A DNA stretch of 64,000 nt. Origin: Mesotaenium endlicherianum (Eukaryota). Each line of letters starts with the position of its first letter. Position 1 is the stretch's first letter. The translations under genes and the position numbers were made by a program. The notes under the pieces were generated by a model that ran no database searches, was not told the DNA's origin, and was given only the letters and a program-made list of their open reading frames with translations. The stretch is from contig WELA01002297.1 in assembly GCA_009602735.1 (NCBI GenBank), forward strand, positions 514,805 through 578,804, written 5' to 3'. Positions 1 to 13,900 of this stretch are shown piece by piece.

Positions 1-1074
1 CTTAGGGTTTCTGTTTAGGTTTCAGGTGTGCAGCCTGCGAGGGCTTGTGCAAGCATAGTTCGACTTTTGTTGCGTTGTTTTTTTTCCTTATGTTACTGGT
101 GCTGTTTCCTCTTCTCGATGTTCATCATGCTGTCAACTCTGCATCTTGTATGGGAGGAAATAAAATGCGTTATGTCTGTATATTCTCATTTGTAAGCACC
201 TTTTTTTGCTGTAGGCTACTATCTCGACCCCGAGTTTCAAGACTATTGCTCCTGGACCGTCAACAAGTGTGTACTCACCGAGTGGCTTGACGTGCATTAA
301 GGACCTTGTCAGAGGAGGTGCGACATCATAGAGTTTGAATGTATATAATCGAATTAGCATGTACATAATAGAGAAAGTGGAAGTTGAGGAAGTGGATACA
401 TTTTGAATCAATTTTTGGTGACTTATTGTAATTTTGCATGATGTGTGATGTTGTAGAGTTTGTGACGATGAGACGAGGATAATTTGGTGTATCATGTGGT
501 TTTGTTGCTGTTGCCTAACACATAAATAATAAGAGCCATTGTGAACTTGATAGACATAGTTTCTCATTCAATTATTTCAAAGAAAGTTTCGTCACAAAAC
601 ATATGAGCGACATATTCTAGACATGTGCCATAAACAATTCAAGCAACACATATTGTCACATACCTGTTAGGGAACTCATAACTCACATGTGATTTTTACT
701 ACCACACAATAATGCCCACCTTCTGCTAGCGGATAAAAGGGTTGGTTGACAATAATTGTAGGTCAGCAATTAACAGCACCTCCGCACTTGAAAGAATACT
801 CATTTGGCACTGAGGTTAGGCTTCGCGTCTCACTCTAGGTGGCGGGGGTACATATCCGCCTGCCATCGGCCAGCTTGATAGAGAAAATGGAGAGACTTTT
901 ATGTGAATCCTTCAAGCATGCCGGGGCGACCGAAAAAATATAACAGTCCACCAAAAAAAAAGTTCAATTTGAACAAAAAAACGTGACAACCGCGACGTTG
1001 TACTTTTGCGCGTGCGACCACCAAGGGGCGTCGACGTCAAGCTTACGTTACATCAACGGCGTCGTGACTTGGCG

Positions 1075-1166
1075 CACTAAGCCAACTAACCTTCTTTTTT
1101 GAACACCGAACTAAGCGAACTAGCGAACTTGGCGAATTAAGCAAACAAGCGAACGGCGTAACCCTG
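1075..1166. mobile_element. Right end of a hAT-like DNA element (TIR plus subterminal repeats)
   Basis: Ends GGCGTAACCCTG (reverse complement CAGGGTTACGCC) after several (TA)AGCGAAC motifs. Similar ends occur at 62743 and 63831. It abuts Gypsy integrase sequence at 1167. Left end not identified. Confidence 0.5.
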
Positions 1167-4100
1167 GTTTGTAACCATTTTGACCGACCCGGAGTACCTC
1201 CAAATATGGACCAACCCAAACTGGACCCAGCTTTTTCTTGACCACACCAGACAGGTACAGGTGTTGAGAGTGCAGTTTGACCAAATTACCCTTAAAAATG
1301 ACAGCTTACGACGGTGCTGATTAGCATATTTTTGTCAATTTTCTTGGGCTTTGTGCAGAATCTTTTGGGCTTTTGACAGGGTGTCAGCGAACTCCTGAGT
1401 TAACTGGAGAAACACCGAGTTATCAATTCCATCTGGATGTGTAAAAGACTCTCCTAGCACATCTAGAGGAGACCTAGGAACTCTACCTAGACTGAGTTCA
1501 AAGGGAGTCTTGCCCGTTGACGCATGCACCGCAATATCGATCGCAAACTAAATTTGAGGCAACAGGTCATCGGTGAATATTTGCTCTCAGCACTTCTTGC
1601 AGAACTCGGTTAGTTCTCTCAGTCTGCCCATCAGTCTAAGGGTAATTTGCTATGCTGAGCAGCTGTTTGACTCCCATTAATTCCATCAAAGCTCTTTACA
1701 ACTTAGAGGTGAATTTTAAGTCTCTGTCTGAGATAATATTGGAGAGGAGCTTGTGTTGGCATACCACATGGTTGTAGAACTGTCTTGGAGTTTTGAGTGC
1801 AGTCACCTTGACAGTGGTGGGGAAAAATGACCATTTTTGTTAATTTATCCACTATTACCAGTAGAGAATCATGCCCATTGGCAGTTCTTGGCAGAGTTAC
1901 TACCCAGTCCATGGATATTGTTTTCCATCGTCCAGCTGGGATGGGTAGTGATTGTAGTAACCCTCCGAGTGGTGTGTGTCTAGACTCATTTTCTGACACT
2001 AATCACAGGACTTGACATATTCCAAAACAACGTAAGGCAACCCTTTCCAGTGATAATGTCTTGCGAGCTTGCCAACAATTTTGGCCTGCCCCAAATGTCC
2101 ACCCGGTAAACTGTCGTGTGCTTGACTCAGTAAGAGAGACCTCATTTCCAAGTTTTAAGGAATTACCAACTTCAGCCTGCCTGAAGTGGTTTTGGTTACC
2201 CAGACCCCTCTCTTGTGCTTATACCCGAGTGCCATAGCAAGACACACACCATCAGTGGGGCTGGGCTCAAATATTGGGTCAGAAAGGTAGGCTTTCCTAA
2301 GTTGTTCAAGGAATGACTCCTTGACTTTTAATGAAGTGAGTGCACAAAGAACTCTATCAACAAAATGTTGACTAAAGTTCCTTTCTTGCAAGTCAGGTCT
2401 CCTAGAGAGTGCATCGGCAGGATTCAACTTCCCTGGTTTGTAGTCAATCTGGACTTGGAATTGCTCCAGCAGCTGACTCCAGCGGTTCTTCCTCCTCGAC
2501 AGCTTGGACTTCTTCTGAAAATGAGTCAGAGCTAGATGATCTGTAATCACCTCAAAAGCTTTGCCATGTAAGTATGCTCTCCACTAATTGAGAACATAAA
2601 TGATAGCCAGCAGCTCCTTATCATGAACAAAATAATCAATCTCAGTTGGGTTCAATTTCATAGACTCATACAACACCGGATGCCACTCCTGCTTAACCTT
2701 ACCCTCCTTTGTGGTGTTGTCAGCAGGCTGCAACAAAATAGCACCCATGGCAAAGTCCGAAAGCATCAGTAACCACCTGCACAGGTTTGCTTGGGTCATA
2801 CACAGCTAAGACTGGGGCAGAACAGAGGGCATCTTTAAGGGCCTGGAAGGCAGCCTGCTGCTCTTTCCCCCATATGTACCCTATGTCCTTCTTAGTGAGA
2901 TCAGTCAATTTACTGGCCTTTGTATAATAATTCTTATGAATCTCCTATAGTAGTTAGCCAACCCGAGGAAGGATCTAATTTCCGAGACAGATTGTGCTTT
3001 TGGCCAGTCCCTTATGGTCTGAACCTTCTTAGGATCCACACCAATGCCCTGTTTGCTGACAACGTGTTCCAAGAATTCAATACTCTCCTTAAAGAAACCA
3101 CACTTGCTCATTTTAGCATATAACTGATTCTTCCTTAGAATGTCCATCACTGTCTTCAAGTGTTCAGCGTGCTCAGCTTCATTTTTAATGAAATCTAATA
3201 TATCATCCAAAAAGACTTGCACAAACTTATCCAAGTAAGGCTTGGAAATGTTGTTCATAGCACCCATGAAGATGGCAGGGGCATTAGACAATTCAAATGG
3301 CATCTCATTGAACTCATAGTGTCTATAACGTGAGCGGAAAGCAGTCTTGCGTTCAACCCCCTCAGCAATTCTCATTTGATGATAACCACCTTTTGAGATC
3401 TATCCTACTGAATACTTTAGCACCAGACACGGTATCAAGCAAGTCCTCAGTTATGGGTAAAGCATACTTGTTCTTTACTATAATTCTGTTCAGAGCTCTC
3501 TAATCCACACACATTCGCATAGTGCCATCCTTCTTCTTAAAAAAGAAGATGGGTACGCCGTAAGGTGGTTTACTGGGAGAAATATATCCATTTTCCTCCA
3601 GCTCTGCAATCTGTGTTTTTAACTCTTCACTCTCCACATAGAACAAGCCACAAGTGCGTTGCCAGGGTTGTTGACTCCCACGTAATTAATCAATCTTATG
3701 ATCTACTTCTCTTTTAGGGGGCAGTCCTGGAGGCATGTTAAAAACACTAGTATACGAAGCAACGAATTTTTTCAGCAATAGGGTGCTCCGAAGGGCTCAC
3801 CTTTGTTCTCAACCACTTCTTCAGGTTGAGGAGGCACCTCTTTTAGCAGCAGACAGAACATTCCGTCGTCCTTCTGGTTCCAACCTTCGATGAACTTCAT
3901 TGCCTTCAGTAATTTGCATCTTCCTGGAAGCGTCTTCTTTTCCTTCGTTTTCCATCCATACAGGAAAAGAGGAAGAGCACTGGTGGGTGCCAAGGTAGTC
4001 TGCCCATCCCTGGCTCCTCCCACTTCAACTGTACCTCTGCTCCAACACACTTCAACTTCATGTTTGTTAAGCCAGGACCTGCCTAGCACGAGATCATAAG

Positions 4101-4362
4101 AGCCAGCGTTGAGTACCTCAAACGTAAGCGTTCCAGTTAGAATTGCAATGCCAGAACCTAACTGGACCTCAATAGGCTTGGTTATAACTCCTCCCGGGAT
4201 ACTTCAAGCATCTCCAAAAAATATTTTTCTATTCTTTAAGGTGACTATAGGCAGCCTTAGCCGCTTAACTAAGTCCTTCTGGATAAAAATATGTGACGCC
4301 CCCTCGTCAACAAATGCCCTCACCTTCCTACCAACAATCATACAAAGAAAATTGTAATAACT

Positions 4363-4374
4363 GCTCCGATACCA
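4363..4374 (-). promoter_or_regulatory. Primer-binding site, tRNA-iMet type (TGGTATCGGAGC)
   Basis: 1 nt inside the LTR end. One base different from the plant iMet PBS TGGTATCAGAGC. Confidence 0.85.
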
Positions 4375-4375
4375 C

Positions 4376-5075
4376 TGAAATGAATTGACTTACCAACAGG
4401 CGATCAAAAATCAATGAAGATTTTCACATCAGCAAGTAATCTTTATGGTAATTTTTGTTGACTGGTTTATATTAGCAGCAAACAATGCTCTCCAGTTACA
4501 TGTAAGTAAACGAGCGTCAATCATGCAATCAGTAAATTCATACATAAGCAAGGTTAGAAGACAGTTTGTGGCAATGGCTTCTCGCCTTAGATTCAATTGT
4601 CTCTCAGTAAGCTTATAAGAGAGTTGGCCTCGTATCCGAATGCCGAACTCAAGAGCAATACCTCGCCTATGTACATGGAATGAGGTCACTGTTCAACGGC
4701 AAGTGGGATGGCACCGCCTATATGGGAGTTAACCACGTTGGTAGGGCCTTGGTTAACCAAATCCACCGCCATCTCCCATCATCCCGAATTGCCATCCATC
4801 CTAGGGATGTCATCTGGCAATTCATCTAGCATATTCCAATTATATGCATGACTAGGCAATTTGCTGCTACCGAGTACAAAAGTCAGCTGGCTGTCAACGA
4901 ACATGTCAGTAAGCTGACCTAAATTGACTTCAGCCTGTTGCTCTCGGCTGAGTCATTATATTGATTATTATTTAGAGTCCAGCAGACTGAAATTAATTAC
5001 AGTCCAGCAGGCTGAACATAATCAAGTATTATATATACATGAATATTATATCTACCAATATACTGATTCATTACA
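4376..5075 (-). repeat. 5' LTR of F1 copy 1 (700 bp)
   Basis: TGAAATGAAT...ATTCATTACA termini; homologous to 32408-33123 and about 60016-60592. Confidence 0.9.
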
Positions 5076-8000
5076 CGCGTGCCCCCAGAACGCTGTCTTG
5101 TGCTGGTCCTCCTGTGCAATGAGTATCTGGTTGAAGCCCTGCCTCAGGTCCAGCACCTAGAACCAAGTGCACGCGCCGATGTTATCGAAGATCTCATCAA
5201 GGGTAGGCATAGGACATCTGTCCTGCTCAGTGACCTCGTTCAGCTTACGATAGCCACCGCACATCCTCTTCTCAGATCCGTTGCCTGAGTCATGCTTCTT
5301 TGCCGGCATGACCGTGGGGGCCGCGTAGGTAGAGAAGGACTCCCAAATAAGTTGGTTATCCTCCAGCTTGCCTATCTGTGTGTTGACCTGGCAGTTCTAA
5401 AAGTGACTGTAGCGGTAGCGCTTCTGAAAGATGGGCATGTTAGACTTGAGGCGGAGCCTCATAGGGTTGCCAATGTAGCGTTGTAAGTCATGCATGCTGC
5501 TGGCTAACCTGGTGCTGCGGCGTGCGTCCAGCATCTCCGTCAGCTGGGATGCCTGCTCCATGGGAGCGTCCCCCCCAGCTTCCAAGCGGGGGCTGCTAAG
5601 GGCGATACCTGCTCTGCACCCGTCGCCTCCTGTGCGGCTGCAAAACTTTGTCCCCTTGTTGGCGTCTCCTGTCCGCTAGCGAAGAACGTCTACCTTGCTG
5701 CTGGCATCACTTGCCCACTGGCAGAGGACGTCTACCCTCCTGCTGGCATCACTTGTTTGCTAGCAGAGGACGTTTGCCTTGCTGCTGGCAGTTGTCCTGC
5801 AGCTGCCAGTTGACCTGTGCGAGCCGCTTGAGGGCGTACGGACGGAAAAAGAAAAGGGGAACAATGGAGCTCCCTGGGCTGCTGTGTTGCCTCCCACCTC
5901 CTGCTGCCCCCCCTCAGTGGACCAGCGTTGGAGTGGGGTGCGGGTGGCGCCTGCTGCGGCCGCCAAAGCGGCGCCTGGCGTGCAGGCCCCTCGCACTAGG
6001 ACCGCCAACGTGTGCCAGGTGGAGGCGGCGCATTGTTGTTGTTGGAGGAGCTGTCATGTGGCTCGTTGAGGCGGCGAGGAAGCTCGGAATGGCGGGCTTT
6101 GACATAGAGGGGCGCTCAGACCTGGGTTTGCAAGAGGAGCTGGGTCAAGACATTAGCGTCAATAGCCTGCCCCAACAAACAGATGCGGTTGACCTCCGTG
6201 AGACCGTCCACCTGGTTCAGATGCGGCGGGAACCCCATGATGCGCTCCATCTCCACAGCGCGTGGACGGTCGTACATGCCGGCTGAGAGATCGGTGACCT
6301 CGTCGCGGGCCGTGTCAACATAGGCTGCACTATCGTAGCGGCTGACGGACGTGGGAAGGGCGCGGGTGACGCCGCGGAGCACCTCACACTGGGCTTGCAA
6401 GGGATGGGGCAACGCTGTCACTCGCTTGGCCAGCCGCTAAATGTTGAAAATGGAGTCAACGTTGCGATTGTGGCGAGGATGCGCAGCTTATAGGGCCTCT
6501 AGGGTGCCTAGCATGGCCAGGTTGGTGAAGTACGCCTGCATGCGGTGGGCGAAGGAACCGATTTGCACGGCGTGGATGACAGCCTCGCGCCCGAACAAAG
6601 CTGCTGCATAGGTCAAAGTTGGCGCGGACTGCAGCCCGCTTGTCGTTGCGCACAACCACATTCTCGAGAACCCACGCAAGAGAGTGGGGCGACTGGCGCG
6701 TCTCAACCAGGGTGAGGACGCAAAGAAGGTGCTAGAAGATTGCGGTGCGAGGATCGCCGAGGGCGCCGCCGCGACCTGCGATAGATAACCCCTGGCACTC
6801 CTAGCCTGCAATGATGAGGTCGACAGGCCCCAGTTGCGTAACGTGCTTGTTGGTGATGTCCCAAATGTCCATGGGCCAGCCTGTTTGCGCGTGACACAAG
6901 GCTTGTGCGGGGAAGAGGCCGGGAAAGCCCTCGTGGCTGAGCGCCATCCGACGTCGGGCGACTTGCTGCGCTTCGACGTGGGTCAACGTAAACGTAGCGC
7001 CGTACGGGGATGCCGGCCTGCAAGGGTGGCCAGCAGGCCAGTGACGATGCCTATAAAGAGGTCCACCAAGACAATGCCGTCAAGTCGCTTAGCTAGCTGG
7101 TCCGTGTACATTGGCGTAGGAAGCAGACGGCAACCCACGGCGGGGTTGTTGGGCTCTGCGGTGAGCGGATATGTGCGCGGCTCGCTATGCTGGTGTGGAG
7201 CCATGCGAAGGGCCGCAATTGTGCGCTTTGCGTAGTTGCGCATGACATAGGGGATGGGCCCAGGCAGCGATTAAGGCTGTGCGGCGCGCGCGTGGGCCTG
7301 GTACTGTTGCCACCTGCCCTGAGCTCCCTGGAGGATGTGCGGAGGCACTGGCGTGGTGCGAGCCTGAGCCTGGCACACGCATAAGAGCTGCCACCTGCGC
7401 CGAGCTTTGCGGTCCTGCGTGTGGGACGCCGCGTACGCGAGCTAGTCCAACACTAGTCGCTGCCGCAGGTATAATTGCAGGTCAAAGTAAGCCTGCTAGC
7501 GTCGGTGGAAAGGCAAGTCCACCGGGTTGGCGTTGCCAGCAGGCTCGGTGCAATAGGCAAACTCACGAGCCCGCAACGGCTGGCGAGACAAAAGCTGGAC
7601 ATGAGCACGAAGCTGAGATTGGAGCGCCGGCTGCGAGCAAGTGCGCTGATGATGGCACGCCGGCTCGTCAATGGCTGCTAAACTCGGACGCATACTTGAA
7701 AGGACGGCGGCTAGTGCGTGAGGTTGCGCTCGTTGCACAGACTGCGTCAGAGTTGCGGCAGAGTGACAGCTCGCGGTCTGCCGTAGAGACCGCGTTTAGG
7801 CTCTATATGGATGACAGAGCGCACAACGGGCACGGCGATCATTGCAGTGTTAGCTGCGCTGGCCACTGCGCGGGTTGCTTTGGCGCCAAGGCCAAACGTA
7901 GCGGAAGTAACAGCGGGGGATGTGCGGGAGCTGACTCGGTGAGCTCTGACATCTCTACCGTGCAGCCGATGCGTGAGGTCCCGACAATTAGCGCTGGTTG

Positions 8001-8640
8001 AGCAGTCATGCACGGGCTGGCAACATGGGCCTGCTGCATAGCGGTAGGCTTTGCCAAACCGAGCGGACGCGGGTTGGATGAACCCTGGCAAGCCGACGGA
8101 TGCCGGACTCCCAAACTTCAAGGGACCAGCAAGCCTGTCAAAGCCTGGGGGTCTTGTCAGTGTGTTGAACCCTAGGGGACCTGTGGGCATGCGGCGGACG
8201 CGGGCAACGGGCGTGATGGGCATGGCGTGCAAGGGTTCCTCGGTTGGCTCCTCGTATGATTCCTCCGACGCCCTCTTGTACGACTCCTTGTCCGTCAGGG
8301 GGTTGTAGGCAGCCTGGCGCATGGCCTCCTCCTCCAAATCGGTCGTGCGGCGGTCGCTATCGTTTTTGTGTATTGACGGAAAAGGTGGCTAGGACGCCAT
8401 CTGAAATTGCATGGCCACTCCCACCAGCACCTCCTGTTGTAGGCGAATGTCAAACCGTGCGGCGGGCAAGCGAGACCTCTCGCGCGGAGGCGGCTTAGGA
8501 ACGAACGAGCGGATTGTGCTTGCAGCGGCTGCGAGGAGCTCATGGGCTCTAACAAACGTAGCCAATATTGCTATAGCGGCGTCGGCGGCGGCGGTTGTCA
8601 CTGTTGTCATCTGGCGCATAACGATAAAGCAGGAGGTTGC
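5076..8640 (-). mobile_element. D3: fragment of a DNMT-carrying Ty3/Gypsy-like element, related to D1
   Basis: Collinear with D1 19690-23360: RT N-terminus (MCGGYRKLNEVT...VLDLRQGFNQI...KTAFWG), spacer and DNMT domain. Cut at 5075 by the F1 LTR. Confidence 0.88.
6150..7085 (-). pseudogene. DNMT3-like C5 cytosine methyltransferase domain (disrupted) of D3
   Basis: Motif I VLVDLFIGIVTGL; IV DLIIAG*ECQGLSIAG; VI ENV; VIII HRMQAYFTN; IX/X EMERIMGFP...LLGQAID. Contains stops and frameshifts. Confidence 0.85.
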
Positions 8641-9015
8641 GTGGCCTTCAACTTGGTGATATCTATCCGACCTGCATTCTTTGCCCATTTGACAAAGGCA
8701 TGCTTCCCCTTAGAGAAGTAGTCTCTTCCTCTCCTCCTGTGCTCCTTGGTTTCCACATTCATGTTACTCAGGCATCCGTTAAGCTTGGGGTCCCAAGGAG
8801 CAATGTGAGGTGGCAGGATGAGATAGCCGTCCAGGCCATAGTGGAAGTCATTTGGGTGGGCGCGTTCACACTCCTGCTTCTTGTTTAGTGACGGTCATCC
8901 ACCTCCAGTCCGTGGGCTGCTGGTGATACCGTGAACCATGTTCAGTCTTTTTTAGCTTATAAGGGATCCAGTGGGGAGAGAACATCTGCTGCCCTGTTTC
9001 TCTAACCAAGTATTC

Positions 9016-9702
9016 CTAGCTCCTCCTCTCAACTTCATTATAGACTGGCAGCAGTGTCAGGTAAAATATTGCATCTTTGAAGCTATCGGGTTGCATGCTC
9101 ACCAACCTGATAAGCCTCTGATCCCCCACTATGCCAAGTTTTGGTACTGGCTTATCTTCTAAATCATCTGCAAGGAACTGCGCCTGCTCTGCTGTGTACC
9201 CCACCATCTTGGAATATTCCTCGTGAAGGACCACGCCAGTGGGTGTCTCAATATATCTATCCAGATCTTCCGCTCCCTGCCTTTAAAGTACTCTTTTTTG
9301 TTCCGCCTTGTTGATCTCCTGGGCTGCCAGTAATGCTTCCTTCAAGATATTAAAGGTTTGGCCACCCACTACAGTATCTCTGTAAGTGGCCAGGCTCTTT
9401 TGCTTCTCAGCTTCAGCCTTCTTTCTTTGTTCCTCTTCTGCTGCCGCCGCTTCCTCTTGTTGTTTCTTCTGTCTCTCCTTCTCAGCTTTCCTGAGGTTTG
9501 CAGCCTCCTGCTCCTTCTTCCTCTGCGCCTCATTTGCCGCCTCTTCTTGTCTGCGGACCCTATCTTGTTCTGTCTTGGTGAGGGACGTGGCCGCCAACTC
9601 TTTCAGGTAGTACTCCATTGTCCTCTTGGCTTTTTCCACCTTGCGCTTCTTGTCTTCCTTTTGTGTGGTGGGAGCCATCCTGCACATGTAGCCAAGATAC
9701 AA
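9016..9702 (-). pseudogene. Unassigned coding remnant, K/E/Q-rich coiled-coil-like, probably TE-derived
   Basis: ORFs 9283-9702 and 9016-9234 look protein-like, but no motif was recognised. Confidence 0.3.
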
Positions 9703-10484
9703 GTCAGTAGGATCTTGTTTGGGATGTTGAAAAAGAAGTAAGGTTGTATAGGTTCGTTCTCTTTACCTTATCGGGTGGTTACTGGGAGATAATGGAGCTG
9801 TAACGCGATGAGAATAGACGAGTGAATGTGTGTGCAGGCTAAGATAAGTGGGTTGTTTGTGTGCTGGTCCTTTTCTCCTTTGGAGTGGTGGACACCCTCC
9901 AACTTAGCTTAAGGTGGGCCTGGTTGTCACATCTGTCACCATGCTGATACTTCATCGTCACATTCCGATCGTCTACTGTCACTTGACCGTCACATTTTCC
10001 TCCAACTTAAATTGAGACAGGACCTCCTGTCACCGTCCCAAGTCTGCTGAAGTGACAGTTAAGGGGGTGTCCCAGCCACCCGAAGGTGAAATCATTGCAA
10101 CGCCCCCTTGGCATTAGTCAAGAGGTCCTTAAAGTAACAAGTGTCCCAGAGGCATCGTAACCCTTCCATATAACCAGATTTTTCATGACATATTTAGATG
10201 ATCGACGGACAGAGCGAGCGTCTAAAATCTCCTCGACCTCATATTCCTCAAGGTCACCATGTCAAACAGCGGGGACCGGTCCCGGCTAGACAGGTAACCG
10301 ACCTATAAACAGTGCGTCACCCTTGATGTACGATTCTAAAAAAGAGATATTGAAGACTGGGTGAATCTTGTATTCCGCTGACATGTTCAGTTTGTAAGCA
10401 TTTTGACCGACACAGCGCATCACCGAATATGAACCGACCCAATTTGGACCAAACTTCTTCTGGACCACACCAGGCAGGTACAGG

Positions 10485-10985
10485 TGTAGTGAAACATATA
10501 AATAAAGCACTTAGTGACATATAATACTTAATCCATTCAAGACAAGGATCTTTGAACACAAGTGGTAGCTTCTTGAAAGAGAGATGGCTTCTTGAAAGTT
10601 AATGTATTTCTGGAATTCGGTAAGTACAAAAGTGATTCTCCCCTTTTTCTAAGTTCTAGCTCTTGAATATATACTTGCCACATAAGTAATTCCTAGGAAG
10701 GTGTATGTTGATGTGTCGGCACCCAACACGTCCCAAAACTTTTCACCTCTTTCTAGAATAATGCACACGTGTCCTTTTGACCTAAAAATGGCACATTTGA
10801 CTTTTGCCACATGGAGTTCTTCTAGGTCCTTCCTCTAACTTCGAAAATACCTTAGAAGGTTCAAAGGACATGAACCAAGTCACTAGAGTACCTATTCACA
10901 CTTGACTCCACACAATACTACTCCAAATATATTTGAAAACATTGAAATGTAAGCAAACTAATATGTTATAACTCAAATCACTACA
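10485..10985 (-). repeat. 3' LTR of C1
   Basis: TGTAGTGA...TCACTACA; adjacent PPT GGGGGGGTGA on the minus strand. Confidence 0.93.
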
Positions 10986-13900
10986 TCACCCCCCCGATAG
11001 AAAAAGCGACGTCTCGGCGCGTCAAGTCAGGTCTTAGACATGTGGAGCAGACTAGTCAACAGCTGCCACATATGTGAAGAGGATTAGTCAAAGGCGCCAA
11101 GTCAGGTGCTACACATGTAAGGTAGACTAGGCAAGGTCGTGGGTGGTGTGACCTTATTGGCTAGCCTACTCCTTGATGATAAAGAAAATTGTACAAGTTG
11201 GCTAAGAATCTGCCACAAATTCAAGAACTAATAGCGTCCACAGCACTGCTTCATATCTAAAAATTCTAGTACCAAACGGACCGCGTCGGAGAACTCTATT
11301 GGGTCACCAATTTTGAGAGCATTCTAATTCCTGGAGTTTCGTTGAGAGATGAGAGGGTAGGCACTTCTCCAAATCTGTGCAGAAACTTTTGAAAATCATA
11401 AATTCTTCGACACTTCTCCAAATTTTGCAAAGTAAGTTTCAAAATGGGCGCTGTAAGATGTTCCACCAAAGTCTTGAGTTTCAAAGCATTCCAAGTTCAG
11501 GGGAGAGCACAATGTCAAAAAGCAAGTTCTGTCCAAATAATGCCAGTAGTCTGACCCCCTTCTACTTAGAGCATCATATTTCTCTTACCAGTGCTTCAAA
11601 TTGAGCGAACTTGGATTCTAAATGACCAACTACTCATCGACTAGAGGCACGTAAATTTTTAAATTTTATTATGAAGAGACCTTCCACCACTAGCAATTTT
11701 AGTTTTCTGTCCAGAATCTTCGAGAAGAGAAGAGTGTCTAATGTCAATATTTCCTCTTTCTTGTTCTTGTAGGCTGCCTCCAAGGGGTCTTTTGCTGCTT
11801 CTTGATGGTGGCAGGTTGCCTCCCTAAAGTCTTCATGCTTCTAGTAGAGAGACTTGAGGGTGGTTCCAGATGGGGGTCGGCGGCATGGAAGCATTTCAGC
11901 TTTTCCTGAACTTTGTCAAGGTAGTAGGCCGCCACCCAACTATTCTCTGAATCTAGATATCCTTTCTACTTGATCAAGTATTGCTGCTGTCTCCTAAAAT
12001 TTCTCATAGTCAATATGTCTTCTACTTCTTACTCCACATGATCATCCACTATTTTTGGGACTGGTGGGGTTGTCACTCGTCCTGGGAACTTGTTGTCGGG
12101 TTGCACATATGGCTTAAAGAGGTAAGCGTAGAATACGGGGTCGATGTGCATAGTTTGGGGAAGTTCTAGCTTGAAAGCAACGGGGTTGACTTGCTAGATT
12201 ATCTTGAAGGGTCCCAAATACTTGGGAGAGAACTTGCTGCCGGCAGGCCTATTGTTTAGAAAAATATTCTTGGATGATAGTAACACGTTGTCACCCACTC
12301 TGTACGTAATTTCTCTTCTGGACCTGTTTGCGACTCTTGCTTGATCATCTTGCGCCTGTTGTAGAGCTTTCTTCGCTGCTGTAAGGGCCGCTTCTAATGT
12401 CTCCATAAAATTTGTTGCTGCAGGTACTTCATCATGGCCAACCGTGAAGCTCAGCGGCGTGGTTGGATGGAAGCCATAGTTGAGGAAGAATGGGGACTCT
12501 TGGGTAGAGGCCTGCGTAGTGTTGTTGTATGCAAACTCCAAGGGGGTCAAGTACATGTCCCAGTCTTGCTCCAGAGTAGACACGTAGGCCTCTAGAGAGG
12601 TCTTTAGGGTACGATTCATACGCTCGATTTGCCCATCTGATCATGGGTGGTAGGCAGTAGACATACCCAGCGATGTACCCAAGTTCTTGAAGAGATTTTT
12701 CCAGAAATGGCTTGTGAATCTTGGATCTTTATTTGAAATATTTCTTGACGATAGTCCATGGAGTCGGAACATGTTTTCAAAGATGAGTCTTGCAAGTTGT
12801 GGTGCTGTAGCCTTAGTCGTCGTGGGAATAAAATGAGCCATCTTGGTAAGTCTGTCCACCACCGTGAGTATTGCATTATGGCCTCAAGGTGTCGCGGGCA
12901 GGTCCACAATAAGGTCCATTGAGATGTCCGTCCATTGTCTTTCGAGGATTGGTAGTGGTTGGAGGAGTCCTCCCGCCTTTTGCGATGATGGCTTGATTCT
13001 TTGGCATGTGTCACAGCTCCTGCAGTACTCCTTGACTTGCTTAGACATGCCTGGCCAACAATAAGTCCTCGCTAGCACGCCCGTGGTCTTTAGGATTCCA
13101 AAGTGTCCTCCCAGAGGGTTGTCGTGTGCTTCTCGTAGAAGCATGAGCTGGAGGTCTAAGTCATTAAAAACACATCTTTGGCCCGTTTTTTGCCTCACCC
13201 AATAGTTTCCTTCTTGCTTTTTGTGTGGGTCAAGGGCTGCCTCGCCATTCGCATATTAAGGGTCCGCATCATAGGCGGCAGAAAGTTGAGCTTCCAGATG
13301 TGTACTCAGGGATATCATCACTGCATTTAATTGCAGTCTTGAGAGGGGGTCAGCCGGGATTGCCTTGCCGGGCTGGTACTGAATCGTGATGTTGTACTGT
13401 TGCAAGTATTCACTCCATCTTGCTTATCTCCGTGGAAAATACGGGTGCGTCTGGAGGTGCTTCAACGCCTCGTGGTCCGTAGTGACTAGCACCTTGCGTC
13501 CTTCAACGTAGCAGCGCCAAGCCTTCAAGGCATGAATAATCGCCAATGCCTCTCGCTCCGTACTTGTATAATTTTGCTCGGCTGGATTTAGCTTCCTTGA
13601 CTCATAGGCAATGGACTGCAGTCCCTTGCCTTGGTCTTGAAGCAGGATTGCTCTTATTGCATAGGAAGATGCATCGGTGATGACATGGAAGGGCCAATCT
13701 GGGTTTGGACTTGGGAGTGTGAGCATCGGGGATGTCGTCAATCTTCGCTTTAACTCTTGGAATGCCTCTTCCTCTTTCTTGGTCCATGTATATAGCCTGT
13801 CCCTCTTGAGTAAATCTGTCAGGGGGGCTGCTATGTGCAAGAAGCTCTGGATGAATCTCCTGTACGAATTGGCAAATCCCAAGAATGATAGGAGTTCTTT

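Larger units (their letters stand above)
1167..5075 (-). mobile_element. Degenerate Ty3/Gypsy element, family F1 copy 1 (gag deleted, 3' end truncated)
   Basis: Frameshifted PR, RT (VFLDD), RNase H (VVTDA...DKELLAI) and integrase (ISMDWV...IVDKLTKM) fragments. The PBS sits directly next to the protease, whereas copy 2 has about 1.7 kb of gag there. Confidence 0.9.

Noticed and set aside
1..30. Telomere-like TTAGGGTTT
   Set aside because: Only one or two degenerate units, not an array.
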